A DNA stretch of 64,000 nt from Thiocystis violascens (lineage in GTDB: Bacteria > Pseudomonadota > Gammaproteobacteria > Chromatiales > Chromatiaceae): the NCBI GenBank assembly GCA_020721065.1, contig DYNM01000012.1:15842-79841 (forward strand), written 5' to 3'. Under the pieces are notes generated by a model. That model worked only from the letters and a program-made list of their open reading frames with translations, did not search any database and was not told where the DNA came from. The position numbers were made by a program, and so were the translations under genes. Below, piece after piece: positions 1 through 10,293 of this stretch. Numbering within the stretch: position 1 is the stretch's first letter; every line of letters begins with the position of its first letter.

Positions 1-1
1 C

Positions 2-139
2 ATGCTTCACATTCATACACGAGGCGTTGGTGTCTGCGGCGTATTTCCCAAAGACATTGCCGAAACCAAGGTCGCCCGTGTCAACGATTATGCCCGCAGC
101 CACCACCATCCGCTGCTGTGTACGATGGAAGAAATGTGA
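2..139 (+). CDS. clpS: ClpS adaptor, C-terminal part (truncated by window start)
   Basis: Frame 2 reads [45 protein letters not shown], the typical ClpS C-terminus; directly upstream of clpA. Not in the ORF track. Confidence 0.93.
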   Translation: MLHIHTRGVGVCGVFPKDIAETKVARVNDYARSHHHPLLCTMEEM

Positions 140-192
140 GCGCATTTAACCGCCACTCGTGATTTTTTTAACTCTTCGCCGGGGACAGGCTG

Positions 193-2457
193 ATGTTGAA
201 CAAAGAACTTGAGCTATCGCTCAATAACACTTTCAAAGAGGCTCGCGCCAAACATTATGAATACATCACTGTTGAGCACATGTTGTTATCGTTGCTCGAC
301 AATCCCAGTGCATTCAAAGTGCTTCGCGCTTGCGGCGTTGATGCTGACCGGCTACGCCGCGAAGTCACCACTTTTATTGATGAAACCACCCCACGCTTAA
401 CGCCCAGCGACGAACGCGAAACCCAGCCCACGCTCGGTTTTCAACGCGTGCTGCAACGCGCCGTCTTTCATGTGCAATCCGCCGGGCGCAAAGAAGTCAG
501 CGGTGCCAACGTATTGGTTGCGTTATTTAGCGAACAAGATTCGCAAGCAGTGTTTTTATTAAATCAACAAAATATCACCCGGCTAGATGTCATTAACTAC
601 ATGTCGCACGGTATTTCTAAAGTGCCCGGCGAAACGTTAGATGATGAAACGCAGGGTGATGGCGACGAAGCACATGCTGAAGAAAAAGATGGCGCAACGC
701 CCAGTCCGCTGGATCGTTTTGCTTCCAATCTCAACGAATTAGCGCGACAAGGACGCATTGATCCGTTGATTGGACGTGCGGCCGAAGTGGAGCGCACTCT
801 GCAAATTTTGTGTCGCCGTCGTAAAAATAACCCGCTATATGTTGGCGAGGCTGGCGTTGGTAAAACCGCAATTGCAGAAGGTTTAGCGCGGATGATCGTC
901 GCTGGACAAGTTCCAGAAGTATTGAGCGATGCCGTGATTTACGCACTTGATCTCGGTGGTTTAGTGGCTGGCACCAAATATCGTGGCGATTTTGAAAAGC
1001 GCCTAAAAATGGTTTTAGCGCAATTAAAACGCCAACCACACGCGATTTTATTTATTGATGAAATCCACACGATTATTGGCGCAGGTTCAGCATCTGGTGG
1101 CGTCATGGATGCGTCCAATTTAATTAAGCCTGTATTAGCGTCGGGTGATTTACGCTGTATTGGTTCCACCACTTATCAGGAATATCGCGGCATTTTCGAG
1201 AAAGACCGGGCGCTGGCACGGCGCTTCCAAAAAATCGACGTGGAAGCGCCATCAGTAGAGGAAACGGTTGAGATTCTCAAAGGCTTGAAATCGCGCTTTG
1301 AACAGCATCATCAAGTCAGTTACACCAATCCAGCACTTCGCGCTGCTGCCGAATTATCCAACCGTTATATCAATGATCGTCATTTGCCCGATAAAGCCAT
1401 TGATGTAATTGATGAAGCTGGGGCGCATGTGCAATTAAAAAGTGCGTCGAAACGTAAAAAGCGGATTGATGTCGCCGATGTGGAAGCAATTGTAGCGAAG
1501 ATGGCGCGGATTCCATCCAAGCGCGTCTCCGTTTCAGATACCGAATCACTCAAAAATTTGGATCGTGATCTCAAATTAGTGGTTTATGGACAAGATACCG
1601 CAATTGATGCGCTCACTGCCGCAATTCGGATGAATCGCTCTGGGCTGGGCAATGACGGTAAACCGATTGGCTCCTTTTTATTTACAGGCCCGACCGGCGT
1701 GGGTAAAACCGAAGTCACGCGCCAACTCGCCCGCATTCTCGGCATGGAATTACTGCGCTTTGATATGTCCGAATATATGGAACGCCACACCGTCTCGCGG
1801 TTAATTGGTGCGCCGCCCGGATATGTTGGTTTTGACCAAGGCGGATTATTGACCGAACAAATCAATAAACATCCGCACTCGGTGTTATTGCTGGACGAGA
1901 TTGAAAAAGCGCATCCCGATGTCTTTAATTTGCTCTTGCAAGTGATGGATCACGGCACGCTGACGGATAACAACGGGCGCAAAGCGGATTTTCGCAGCGT
2001 GGTTTTAGTGATGACGACGAATGCAGGCGCAGAAGAAACGGCGCGGCGTTCCATTGGATTTACAGAACAGGATCACGCGACTGATGGTTTAGAGGCGCTG
2101 AAGCGTTATTTTTCGCCGGAATTCCGCAATCGTTTAGATGTGGTGGTGCAATTCGGGGCGCTTGATGCCGATACGATTCGCAGCGTGGTGGATAAATTCG
2201 TCTTTGAATTGGAACAGCAATTGGAGGAGAAAAAGGTCAGCTTGAGTATTGATGCCGCAGTGCGAGAATGGCTGGCGCTGAAAGGCTACGATCCCAAAAT
2301 GGGTGCGCGTCCGATGGCGCGGGTGATTCAGAATCACATTAAAAAGCCGCTGGCAAATGAATTGCTGTTTGGTGAATTAGTTGGCGGCGGCTCGGTGCAA
2401 ATCACGGTTGAAAATGATGCGCTGGCGTTTGCAATTAACGGGCAACCGTTGGTTTAA
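193..2457 (+). CDS. clpA: ATP-dependent Clp protease ATP-binding subunit ClpA
   Basis: Two AAA+ modules (GEAGVGKT/FIDEIH; GPTGVGKT/LLDEIEKAHPDV), Clp-N domain, follows clpS. Confidence 0.97.
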   Translation: MLNKELELSLNNTFKEARAKHYEYITVEHMLLSLLDNPSAFKVLRACGVDADRLRREVTTFIDETTPRLTPSDERETQPTLGFQRVLQRAVFHVQSAGRKEVSGANVLVALFSEQDSQAVFLLNQQNITRLDVINYMSHGISKVPGETLDDETQGDGDEAHAEEKDGATPSPLDRFASNLNELARQGRIDPLIGRAAEVERTLQILCRRRKNNPLYVGEAGVGKTAIAEGLARMIVAGQVPEVLSDAVIYALDLGGLVAGTKYRGDFEKRLKMVLAQLKRQPHAILFIDEIHTIIGAGSASGGVMDASNLIKPVLASGDLRCIGSTTYQEYRGIFEKDRALARRFQKIDVEAPSVEETVEILKGLKSRFEQHHQVSYTNPALRAAAELSNRYINDRHLPDKAIDVIDEAGAHVQLKSASKRKKRIDVADVEAIVAKMARIPSKRVSVSDTESLKNLDRDLKLVVYGQDTAIDALTAAIRMNRSGLGNDGKPIGSFLFTGPTGVGKTEVTRQLARILGMELLRFDMSEYMERHTVSRLIGAPPGYVGFDQGGLLTEQINKHPHSVLLLDEIEKAHPDVFNLLLQVMDHGTLTDNNGRKADFRSVVLVMTTNAGAEETARRSIGFTEQDHATDGLEALKRYFSPEFRNRLDVVVQFGALDADTIRSVVDKFVFELEQQLEEKKVSLSIDAAVREWLALKGYDPKMGARPMARVIQNHIKKPLANELLFGELVGGGSVQITVENDALAFAINGQPLV

Positions 2458-2469
2458 TCCCTGATGTCG

Positions 2470-2532
2470 TAAATCCCCCCAACCCTTCCTGATTTCATAA
2501 ATCCCCCCAACCCCCCTTTTGCAAAGGGGGGC
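2470..2532. repeat. C6/G6 palindromic repeat element (partial copy plus full copy)
   Basis: AAATCCCCCCAACCCCCCTTTTGCAAAGGGGGGC at 2499-2532, preceded by a partial copy; 33/34 identical to the reverse complement of 37265-37298. Confidence 0.85.
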
Positions 2533-2549
2533 TTTTGAATGAGATTGTT

Positions 2550-3407
2550 ATGACCGCACAACTTCTTGATGGCAAAACGATTGCCGCAACGATTCGTCTC
2601 GATATTAAAGAAAAGATCGCCAATCGCCGCGCTGCCGGTGAACGTGCGCCGGGTTTGGCGGTGATTATGGTTGGCGATAATCCCGCCTCAGAGGTTTATG
2701 TGCGTAATAAACAAATGGCTTGCGCGGAAGTCGGTTTTCATTCCGAGTTATATGCGCTGCCGGCTACCACTGCGCAAAGCGATTTATTGGCGTTGATTGA
2801 TCATCTCAATACTGATCCATTGCTAGACGGGATTTTGGTGCAATTGCCGCTGCCGCCGCAGATGGATGAAGAAGCGGTGATTGAACGCATCGCGCCCACC
2901 AAAGATGTCGATGGGTTTCATCCGTATAACGTGGGGCGGCTGGTGCTGCGGATGCCGCTGCTGCGCCCGTGTACGCCGAAAGGGGTGATGACGCTGCTGG
3001 CGCACACCGGGCGCGATCTGAGCGGTTTGGATGCGGTGGTGATTGGCCAATCCAACATCGTCGGGCGTCCGATGGCGCTGGAATTGCTGGCGGCGCGTTG
3101 CACCGTGACCATTTGCCACAGCCGCACCACAGATTTAGCGGCAAAGGTGCAAGCGGCAGATGTGCTGGTGGCAGCGGTGGGGCGAGCGCAATTTGTGCCG
3201 GGCGCGTGGATCAAACCCGGGGCGCTGGTGATTGACGTTGGTATCAATCGTGGCGCGGACGGCAAGTTGGTTGGTGATGTCGATTTTGCAAGCTGCGCGG
3301 AGCGGGCAGCGTGGATCACGCCGGTGCCGGGTGGGGTTGGGCCGATGACGATTGCGAGTTTATTGGAAAATACGTTGCAAGCCGCAGAATTACACGCGCA
3401 GCAATAA
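2550..3407 (+). CDS. folD: Bifunctional methylene-THF dehydrogenase/cyclohydrolase
   Basis: [20 protein letters not shown] and [11 protein letters not shown] motifs. ATG at 2550 preferred over the ORF-track TTG at 2535, which begins just after the repeat. Confidence 0.96.
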   Translation: MTAQLLDGKTIAATIRLDIKEKIANRRAAGERAPGLAVIMVGDNPASEVYVRNKQMACAEVGFHSELYALPATTAQSDLLALIDHLNTDPLLDGILVQLPLPPQMDEEAVIERIAPTKDVDGFHPYNVGRLVLRMPLLRPCTPKGVMTLLAHTGRDLSGLDAVVIGQSNIVGRPMALELLAARCTVTICHSRTTDLAAKVQAADVLVAAVGRAQFVPGAWIKPGALVIDVGINRGADGKLVGDVDFASCAERAAWITPVPGGVGPMTIASLLENTLQAAELHAQQ

Positions 3408-3431
3408 TTAACGAGTGTGTGAATGCGCAAT

Positions 3432-3459
3432 AAAAAAGCGGCTGATAAGCCGCTTTTTT
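3432..3459. terminator. Bidirectional intrinsic terminator between folD and ilvE
   Basis: AAAAAAGCGGCT-GATA-AGCCGCTTTTTT perfect hairpin with A/T tracts on both sides, between convergent genes. Confidence 0.9.
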
Positions 3460-3533
3460 AGTTCATTAAAAAATACAGTTGACGGTCAACCGTTTAACGA
3501 CTTTGAATTAAACTGACAAGTAACAACTGATAT

Positions 3534-4457
3534 TCAAACCACCGTCAGCCATTCTGGATGCGTGTCCCGCCGCCCGTGTACCTGATCGAAATACAGCGTT
3601 TGTAATCGTTCAGTAATTGGACCGCGAGTGCCGCTGCCAATAGCGCGTCCGTCCACCTCACGAATCGGCGTGACCTCCGCCGCCGTGCCGGTGAAAAACG
3701 CCTCGTCTGCAATGTAAACCTCATCGCGGGTGATGCGCTTCTCCACTACCGTCAAACCCAATTCCGCGCATAAGCCAATCACGGTGCGGCGCGTGATGCC
3801 GTCAAGCGCCGAGGTTAAATCAGGCGTGTATAAAACGCCGTCGCGGACGATGAAGATATTTTCGCCGCTGCCTTCCATGACATAACCGGACGCATCCAAC
3901 AGCAGCGCCTCGTCATACCCATCGCGCAGCGCCTCTTGCAGCGCCAGCATCGAATTCATGTAGTTACCGTTCGCCTTAGCGCGGCACATGGTGATGTTGA
4001 CGTGATGACGGGTGAACGAGGAGACGCGGATGCGAATCCCGTTGCGCATATTCTCCTCACCGAGATACGCGCCCCACGCCCACGCCGCCACCATGCAATG
4101 CACCTGCAAATTGTCGGCTCGCAGCCCCATGCCTTCCGCGCCGTAAAAACACATCGGGCGGATATAAGCGGAATCCAGCTTGTTCTCGCGCACCACGTCA
4201 CGCTGTGCCTGATTGATGGTGGCGCGATCCCACGGGATATTCATGTTGAGAATGTGCGCAGAATTGAAAAGGCGATTGGTGTGTTCTTCCAAACGGAAAA
4301 TCGCCGCACCTTGCGCCGTCTGATATGCCCGCACCCCTTCAAACACGCCCATACCGTAATGCAGCGTGTGGGTGAGGACGTGCGTTTTCGCCTCGCGCCA
4401 AGGCACCATCTCGCCGTCCAGCCAAATCAGACCATCGCGGTCTTCCATCGTCGCCAT
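3534..4457 (-). CDS. ilvE: Branched-chain amino acid aminotransferase
   Basis: HYGMGVFEG, AKANGNY (PLP Lys), EGSGENIF, FFTGTAAEVTP. ATG at 4457 preferred (ORF track starts at a TTG at 4472). Confidence 0.96.
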   Translation of the reverse strand: MATMEDRDGLIWLDGEMVPWREAKTHVLTHTLHYGMGVFEGVRAYQTAQGAAIFRLEEHTNRLFNSAHILNMNIPWDRATINQAQRDVVRENKLDSAYIRPMCFYGAEGMGLRADNLQVHCMVAAWAWGAYLGEENMRNGIRIRVSSFTRHHVNITMCRAKANGNYMNSMLALQEALRDGYDEALLLDASGYVMEGSGENIFIVRDGVLYTPDLTSALDGITRRTVIGLCAELGLTVVEKRITRDEVYIADEAFFTGTAAEVTPIREVDGRAIGSGTRGPITERLQTLYFDQVHGRRDTHPEWLTVV

Positions 4458-4494
4458 GAGATCACTCCGCAAGTTCCATAATTAAATCAATAGG

Positions 4495-7371
4495 TTAATC
4501 TGCATTTCCCAGCACCATCTGCCATGCTGTTTGCACCTGTTCACGTTCGACCAGCAGTTGCTCGGCAGCAATCAGTTGTGGCTGTTGCGCCAGCGTGTGG
4601 CGATGGTAAACCGCTCGCAATGTTCGATACGCCTCAGCGAGCTGATGCGCCGTCTGCTCCGGCAACAGCGCCAACGTCGCCAACGTGTCCAGCAGCCGAA
4701 TGTTGTCCGTCCACCGCGTCAATTCGGGATAATCCGCCGCCCAGCGCAAGACCGCGTATTGAACCATGAACTCAATATCGGCAATACCGCCCGCGCCTTG
4801 CTTGAGATCAAAGTGATGCGCGGTGGTTTTATCCAGATTGCTGCGCATTTTCTCGCGCATTTCGCGCACCGCTCGCCGCAATTGCTCAGGATCGCGCCGT
4901 CGCTGTAACACCGTTTGGCGAATCGCCGCGAACTGCTGCGCCAGCACCGGATCACCCGCCACCGGACGCGCTCGCACCAGCGCCTGATGTTCCCAAGTCC
5001 ACGCCTCCTGCGCCTGATAGTCAGCAAACGCTGTCAGTGAACGCACCAACGCGCCCTTATTCCCATCTGGGCGCAGCCGCGTGTCGATGTCATACAGTGC
5101 TCCCGACAAGGTGCGCGTGGTCAGCATGTGAATCAGGCGCTGCGCCAAACGAGCATAAAACTGCACATTGCTCACCGGTTTAATGCCATCCGTCATCGCG
5201 CTGATCTGCTCGCTGCCGTGAACAAACACCAAGTCCAAATCCGAGCCATAGCCCAATTCAATCCCGCCGAGCTTGCCGTAACCGATCACCAAAAACCCGC
5301 TATCCGCGCCGCTGATCGCCGTCGGTCGCCCGTGTTGCTGATACAGATGCGCGGCTGCCACCCGCAGCACTCGCGCCAGCGCCACCTCCGCAATCTCAGT
5401 CAGATAATCGCTGACCACCATCAGCGGAATCACCGCCGTCAAATCCGCCGCCGCCACCCGCAGCACATTGCCCTGCACGAATTGATGCAGCCGCGCCATC
5501 TGCTGCTCCAAATCCTCCACCGCCACCGGCTGCAACAGCGCGTCCAATTCCGCGTCCAACTCCTCCCGTCGCAGCGGCGCATACAACCGACGCGGATCAA
5601 GCAGTTCATCCAACAACAGCGGCTGCCGCCCAATTTGATCGGTAAACCACGCGCTCATCGCCGCCAGCCGCACCAACTGCGCCACAATCTCCGGCGCTTC
5701 CAGCAGCATCGCCAGATACGCCGTGCGCTGCGCGATGGTTTCCAACACCCGCAACACCCGCGTCAACGTCAGCACCGGCGCAGCAGTGCTGGCGCTCAGG
5801 CGCACCGCCAGCGGCAACACCTGCGCCAAACGGTCGCGCCCTTTCTCACTCAAACCTTTACGCGCCGTCGCCTCGCGGAATTGCGCCAACACCGTGCGCA
5901 CCGCCTCCGCCTCGGCAAAACCGAGTTGCGCCAGCGTCGCCACTTCCTGCGCGACATCCGCAGCGCCCATTCCCAGCAACTGCGTCCCGTCATCGCCTGC
6001 TGCTGGCGCTTCAGACACAGCAAACACCTGATCAAAATGCTGCTGCACGCGCTGACGATGCGCCGCCAACTCAGCAGCAAAACTGTCCCAATCAGCGAAG
6101 TTCATCGCACCAGCGAGCCGCTCACGCCCGGCATCATCATCTGGCAACACATGCGTTTGTTTATCGCGGTAAGCCTGCAAACGGTTTTCCACCAAACGCA
6201 AAAACTCATACGCCGCATCCAATTCCGCCACCGCCGCCGCTGGCAACAATTGTTTCCGCGCCAACTGCGCCAATACCTGCCGAATCGGGCGCACCTGCAA
6301 TTCAGGATCACGCCCACCGCGTACCAATTGAAAAGCCTGCCCAATGAATTCAATTTCACGAATACCACCGGGACCTAATTTGATATTGGCATCCATGCCG
6401 CGTCGATATAATTCTTTGGCAATCATCCGTTTTAATTCACGCAATGAATCAAATGCGCCAAAGTCCAAATAACGCCGATATACAAATGGGCGCAGCATCG
6501 TCATCAATTGCGCGATGTCAGCGGGATCACCCGTAAGCGGACGCGCTTTAATCATCGCGTAGCGTTCCCACTCCCGCGCTTGAGACTGGTAATACTCCTC
6601 AAGTGCTTGAAAACTCATCGCTAATGGACCGACTTCACCAAACGGACGCAGCCGCGTATCGACCCGAAACACAAAGCCGTCGGCGGTTTGATTGGCGAGC
6701 GTTTGCACCAGCCGCCGCGCCAGCCGCACAAAAAATTGCTCATGCGTCAACGAACGACTGCCGCCCATCACCTCGCCGGCCTGCGGAAAGGCAAAAATCA
6801 AATCAATATCGGAGCTGAGATTGAGTTCCCGCGCCCCCAATTTGCCCATCGCCAGCACGATCATCTGCATCTCGCGCTCGGCGCTGGCGCGAGGCGTACC
6901 GCATTCGGCACACGTCCAAAGGTGAAGTAAATCAAGGGCTTGGCGAATGCAGACATCCGCCAGCTCCGACAACTCCTCCAGCGTTTCTGGCAACGACGCC
7001 CAACCCGCCAGATCGCGCCAAATGATCCGCACCATTTCGCGGCGGCGGAACTGGCGCAGCGCCCGCTGCAAACTCGCGTCATCGCTGACGTTGGCGAGCG
7101 CCGCAGCGAGTCGCTGCGCCAGTTCAGCGGCTTGATACGGGCGCGTCAGCACTGCGTCGGCGACTAATTCAGCAAATTCAAGCGGATGCCGCGCTACCGA
7201 GGTGGCGACGAATTCACTTGCCGCCCACACTCGCGCCCGCGCTGCCGCAAAGGCGGTGGTTGTCGGCACGGTCACTGCGTGTGCCGCCGCCCATTGCAAC
7301 CACTCATCCCACAACACTTCATGCAGATGTGAAATTTGCGCGGATTGACCACCGCCATTTGCTGAATTCAT
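4495..7371 (-). CDS. glnE: Glutamine synthetase adenylyltransferase/adenylyl-removing enzyme
   Basis: Two nucleotidyltransferase halves (MGKLGARELNLSSDIDL; YGKLGGIELGYGSDLDL), RVDTRLRP/DIDTRLRPDG; glnE-ilvE adjacency is common. Confidence 0.96.
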   Translation of the reverse strand: MNSANGGGQSAQISHLHEVLWDEWLQWAAAHAVTVPTTTAFAAARARVWAASEFVATSVARHPLEFAELVADAVLTRPYQAAELAQRLAAALANVSDDASLQRALRQFRRREMVRIIWRDLAGWASLPETLEELSELADVCIRQALDLLHLWTCAECGTPRASAEREMQMIVLAMGKLGARELNLSSDIDLIFAFPQAGEVMGGSRSLTHEQFFVRLARRLVQTLANQTADGFVFRVDTRLRPFGEVGPLAMSFQALEEYYQSQAREWERYAMIKARPLTGDPADIAQLMTMLRPFVYRRYLDFGAFDSLRELKRMIAKELYRRGMDANIKLGPGGIREIEFIGQAFQLVRGGRDPELQVRPIRQVLAQLARKQLLPAAAVAELDAAYEFLRLVENRLQAYRDKQTHVLPDDDAGRERLAGAMNFADWDSFAAELAAHRQRVQQHFDQVFAVSEAPAAGDDGTQLLGMGAADVAQEVATLAQLGFAEAEAVRTVLAQFREATARKGLSEKGRDRLAQVLPLAVRLSASTAAPVLTLTRVLRVLETIAQRTAYLAMLLEAPEIVAQLVRLAAMSAWFTDQIGRQPLLLDELLDPRRLYAPLRREELDAELDALLQPVAVEDLEQQMARLHQFVQGNVLRVAAADLTAVIPLMVVSDYLTEIAEVALARVLRVAAAHLYQQHGRPTAISGADSGFLVIGYGKLGGIELGYGSDLDLVFVHGSEQISAMTDGIKPVSNVQFYARLAQRLIHMLTTRTLSGALYDIDTRLRPDGNKGALVRSLTAFADYQAQEAWTWEHQALVRARPVAGDPVLAQQFAAIRQTVLQRRRDPEQLRRAVREMREKMRSNLDKTTAHHFDLKQGAGGIADIEFMVQYAVLRWAADYPELTRWTDNIRLLDTLATLALLPEQTAHQLAEAYRTLRAVYHRHTLAQQPQLIAAEQLLVEREQVQTAWQMVLGNAD

Positions 7372-8285
7372 GGCGCGAGCAACTCAATACGATATTCCGC
7401 ACCAATGTGCGCTTCTGCTTGCGGTAAAATCTCAATCACTTCCGACGCAGTGTTGACCGTTTCGACACAAATAAAGCGCAAATAATCACGATCATCTAAA
7501 TCATCCATCGCGTGCGCTGTCTCTACCCAAGGATTCCAAACGACGCAAGTGGCGCTGTGCGCACTATCAATAATAATGCGGCGATTTAATACTGGGTCTT
7601 CAAGCTGCAATTGCGCTGGCACCTGCTCATAAATGCGATTGACTTCACTGGCAACCGTTACTGCGCCCTGTTGCAGAATTGGTGCCTCTTTTGCGCCCAC
7701 CGCTTTATCAAGATAATGACAGCCATCTAATCCCACAACGCGCACCTGCGTTGCATCACCGACTTTGAAATAAGTATGCAATCCTTGGGTGATTTGCAGC
7801 GGTTCGGTACTCAAATTGCGCGTGGTGAGCATCACTGCTAACGTTGCGCCAATTGTGATCTCCAACGTCAAATCAAATGCCGCTGGCCAAATTTCACGGC
7901 TCTCATCATCATCCGTTAAGCCAAGCGTGATGTGTGAAGCGCCATTTGGCAGCGCCGCACAATTGCGCACCGTCCACGCCCAAGCGCGAACAAAACCATG
8001 CCCACCGCGCCCTTTTTTCTCTGGATCAGCACCAAACCACGGCCAACAAATTGGAATTCCGCCTTTAATTGCTTTGCCTGCTGCGTAATACGCCCGCTCA
8101 CTCACAAATAGCAATTCATCTGGAGCATTGTGAGGACGATACGCCAATACTTGTCCGGCATACGGCGAAATAGTCGCTGTTGCCAACTCATTATGAATTT
8201 CAATCATCGCCAGCCCGCCGCGTCCCTCGCTGAATTGCACACTGCCGGGGACGCCAAACCGAGCGTTAATCGCTGCAATATCCAT
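7368..8285 (-). CDS. D-hexose-6-phosphate mutarotase (aldose 1-epimerase family, YeaD-like)
   Basis: AIKGGIPICWPWFG, HGFVR, LHTYF, VVWNPW, FICVET motifs; 4-bp overlap with glnE start. Confidence 0.88.
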   Translation of the reverse strand: MDIAAINARFGVPGSVQFSEGRGGLAMIEIHNELATATISPYAGQVLAYRPHNAPDELLFVSERAYYAAGKAIKGGIPICWPWFGADPEKKGRGGHGFVRAWAWTVRNCAALPNGASHITLGLTDDDESREIWPAAFDLTLEITIGATLAVMLTTRNLSTEPLQITQGLHTYFKVGDATQVRVVGLDGCHYLDKAVGAKEAPILQQGAVTVASEVNRIYEQVPAQLQLEDPVLNRRIIIDSAHSATCVVWNPWVETAHAMDDLDDRDYLRFICVETVNTASEVIEILPQAEAHIGAEYRIELLAP

Positions 8286-8325
8286 ACTTCATTCCTCTTT
8301 ATTGGTGGTTAAATTGCGGTGAAAA

Positions 8326-8958
8326 TTAAGGAATTCCCAATAATTGATGCGTTTGTAGACTTAAGCGCCATTGCGGATGTAATTTGCAATATGCAATTGC
8401 TTCTGTGGTGTGATCAATACCATTGACATCAGCTAAGGGTTGCAATGAAAAATGTTGAAACGGTAAATGAGCAAACTGTTCTGGCAGTGCGCCGCATTGT
8501 GGATACACTAATTTCAATTCATTGCCGCTGGTTTGGCGCAGCGGTGCGCCAGCTTTGGGGCTGACGCAAATCCAATCCAATCCCGCCGGCGCGGGCAAGG
8601 TGCCGTTGGTTTCGATGGCGACGGCGCAGCCGCGTTGCTGCAATGCCGCAATCAGTGCGGCGTCCAGTTGCAGCAAGGGTTCGCCGCCGGTGCAGACGAC
8701 CCAAGGTTGCACTGCCGCTGCTGGCCATAACGCACTGATTTGGTTCGCTAATGCGCTGGCGCTGGAGTAACGACCACCGCCGCTGCCGTCGGTGCCGCGA
8801 AAATCGGTGTCGCAAAACCGGCAGCGGGCGCTGGCGCGATCTGTTTCGCGCCCTGACCATAAATTGCAGCCCGTAAAGCGGCAAAAGATCGCGGGGCGAC
8901 CGGTATGAACGCCTTCACCTTGTAAGCTATAAAAGAGTTCTTTAATGTAATAAGTCAT
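8326..8958 (-). CDS. queE: 7-carboxy-7-deazaguanine synthase (radical SAM, Cx14Cx2C type)
   Basis: ELFYSLQGEG, CNLWSGRETDRASARCRFCDT, CTGGEPLLQ, ETNGT, WRLSLQTH. Confidence 0.93.
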   Translation of the reverse strand: MTYYIKELFYSLQGEGVHTGRPAIFCRFTGCNLWSGRETDRASARCRFCDTDFRGTDGSGGGRYSSASALANQISALWPAAAVQPWVVCTGGEPLLQLDAALIAALQQRGCAVAIETNGTLPAPAGLDWICVSPKAGAPLRQTSGNELKLVYPQCGALPEQFAHLPFQHFSLQPLADVNGIDHTTEAIAYCKLHPQWRLSLQTHQLLGIP

Positions 8959-9083
8959 TGCTGATTGTGCGCTAGGTGAATCGCATCTGGCTGTATTAAA
9001 TACGCGCTTGAACTTGGAGTAAATGCTCTATTCTAACATCATTGCGATGTTGTCATTTTATCGGTTCAATGTGGAATTCAAAC

Positions 9084-10091
9084 TCAGTTGGTGAGTTGGC
9101 GTATTGCGTTCTGCCAAGCGGAATTGTCGTGCAATTGTTGCCAGTTCAAAGCGCCAGCGCGTCCGTGCAACGCGACGGTGCGGGGTGCGACGGGATGCGC
9201 CTGAAATGCTGCCACGATCTGCGCCGCTGCGGGACGATTGTTGCAAATTAAGAGCAGATCGCAACCAGCCGCCGCTGCTGCTTGTGCCCGTGCGACATAA
9301 TCACCGCCGGCGTTGGCGGCCGCCATGTTGAGATCATCGCTGAAAATGATCCCTTGAAAATTCAATTGCTTGCGTAAAATCTGGCGCAGCCACACTGCCG
9401 AAAAACCAGCAGGTTGCGCGTCAATTTGCGGGTACACGACGTGCGCTGGCATCACCGCTTCCAGCCCGTGCGCGATCAGGTGTTGAAACGGGAGCAGATC
9501 GTGCTGTGCGAGCGCCTCCAGCGGGCGGTCGTCAATGGGTAGCGCGAGATGCGAATCGGCGGCGACGCTGCCATGTCCGGGAAAATGTTTGCCCACTGCG
9601 ATCATGCCGGCTCGCTGCACGCCGCGCTGCCATGCTGTTGCTAACGCGCTCACTGCCGCTGGCGTGGTCGCAAAACCGCGATCACCGATCACTTGGCTGA
9701 TGCCGCATTCGATGTCGAGCACCGGCGCAAAGCTGAAATCAACGCCAACTGCGCGTAATTCGGCTGCCATCACCCAGCCAGCAATCTCGCACTGCGCCAG
9801 CGCGGTTTGCGGATCGTGGGCGTAAAGCTGACCGAAGTGGGCGGCGGCAGGCAGGCGGGTGAAGCCGTCACGGAAGCGTTGCACCCGTCCGCCTTCTTGA
9901 TCGACTGCGATCAATAACGCTGGCTCGCGCAGCGCGGCTATCTCGGCGGTGAGGGCGGCGAGTTGCGCGGGATCGCGGTAATTACGGGCAAATAAAATCA
10001 CTCCGGCGACGGCGGGTTGGCGCAGCAAGTCGCGGTCTTCAGCGGTCAACGCCGTTCCCGCACAATCAACCATGATGGAACCGAGAGACAT
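9084..10091 (-). CDS. nagZ: Beta-N-acetylhexosaminidase (GH3)
   Basis: VDQEGGRVQRF, FAPVLD, KHFPGHGSVAADSH, FSDDL. Confidence 0.95.
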   Translation of the reverse strand: MSLGSIMVDCAGTALTAEDRDLLRQPAVAGVILFARNYRDPAQLAALTAEIAALREPALLIAVDQEGGRVQRFRDGFTRLPAAAHFGQLYAHDPQTALAQCEIAGWVMAAELRAVGVDFSFAPVLDIECGISQVIGDRGFATTPAAVSALATAWQRGVQRAGMIAVGKHFPGHGSVAADSHLALPIDDRPLEALAQHDLLPFQHLIAHGLEAVMPAHVVYPQIDAQPAGFSAVWLRQILRKQLNFQGIIFSDDLNMAAANAGGDYVARAQAAAAAGCDLLLICNNRPAAAQIVAAFQAHPVAPRTVALHGRAGALNWQQLHDNSAWQNAIRQLTN

Positions 10092-10293
10092 CAGTAGGTG
10101 CCGTTCAATTGAGGTTCAAAACAGGCGCAAGGATAACGGGTTTGCTGCAATCAGCGCGGCGCTATTGCACTGACCGCCCGTAATGCCAATCTCCGGTACA
10201 CTCAACCCGGTAAGCCAAATTCTTGGCTGTTTGCTTGGTTCTGACGCGCTTCCGCGTCGTTTCAATTGATGAGTCACGAGGCCCGTTTGCAGT

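Noticed and set aside
5128-6378. Long antisense ORFs (e.g. 416 aa opposite glnE; also 49788-50603, 17947-18618, 55585-56319)
   Set aside because: They are shadow frames of GC-rich genes on the other strand, rich in Arg/Gln/His, with no motifs.
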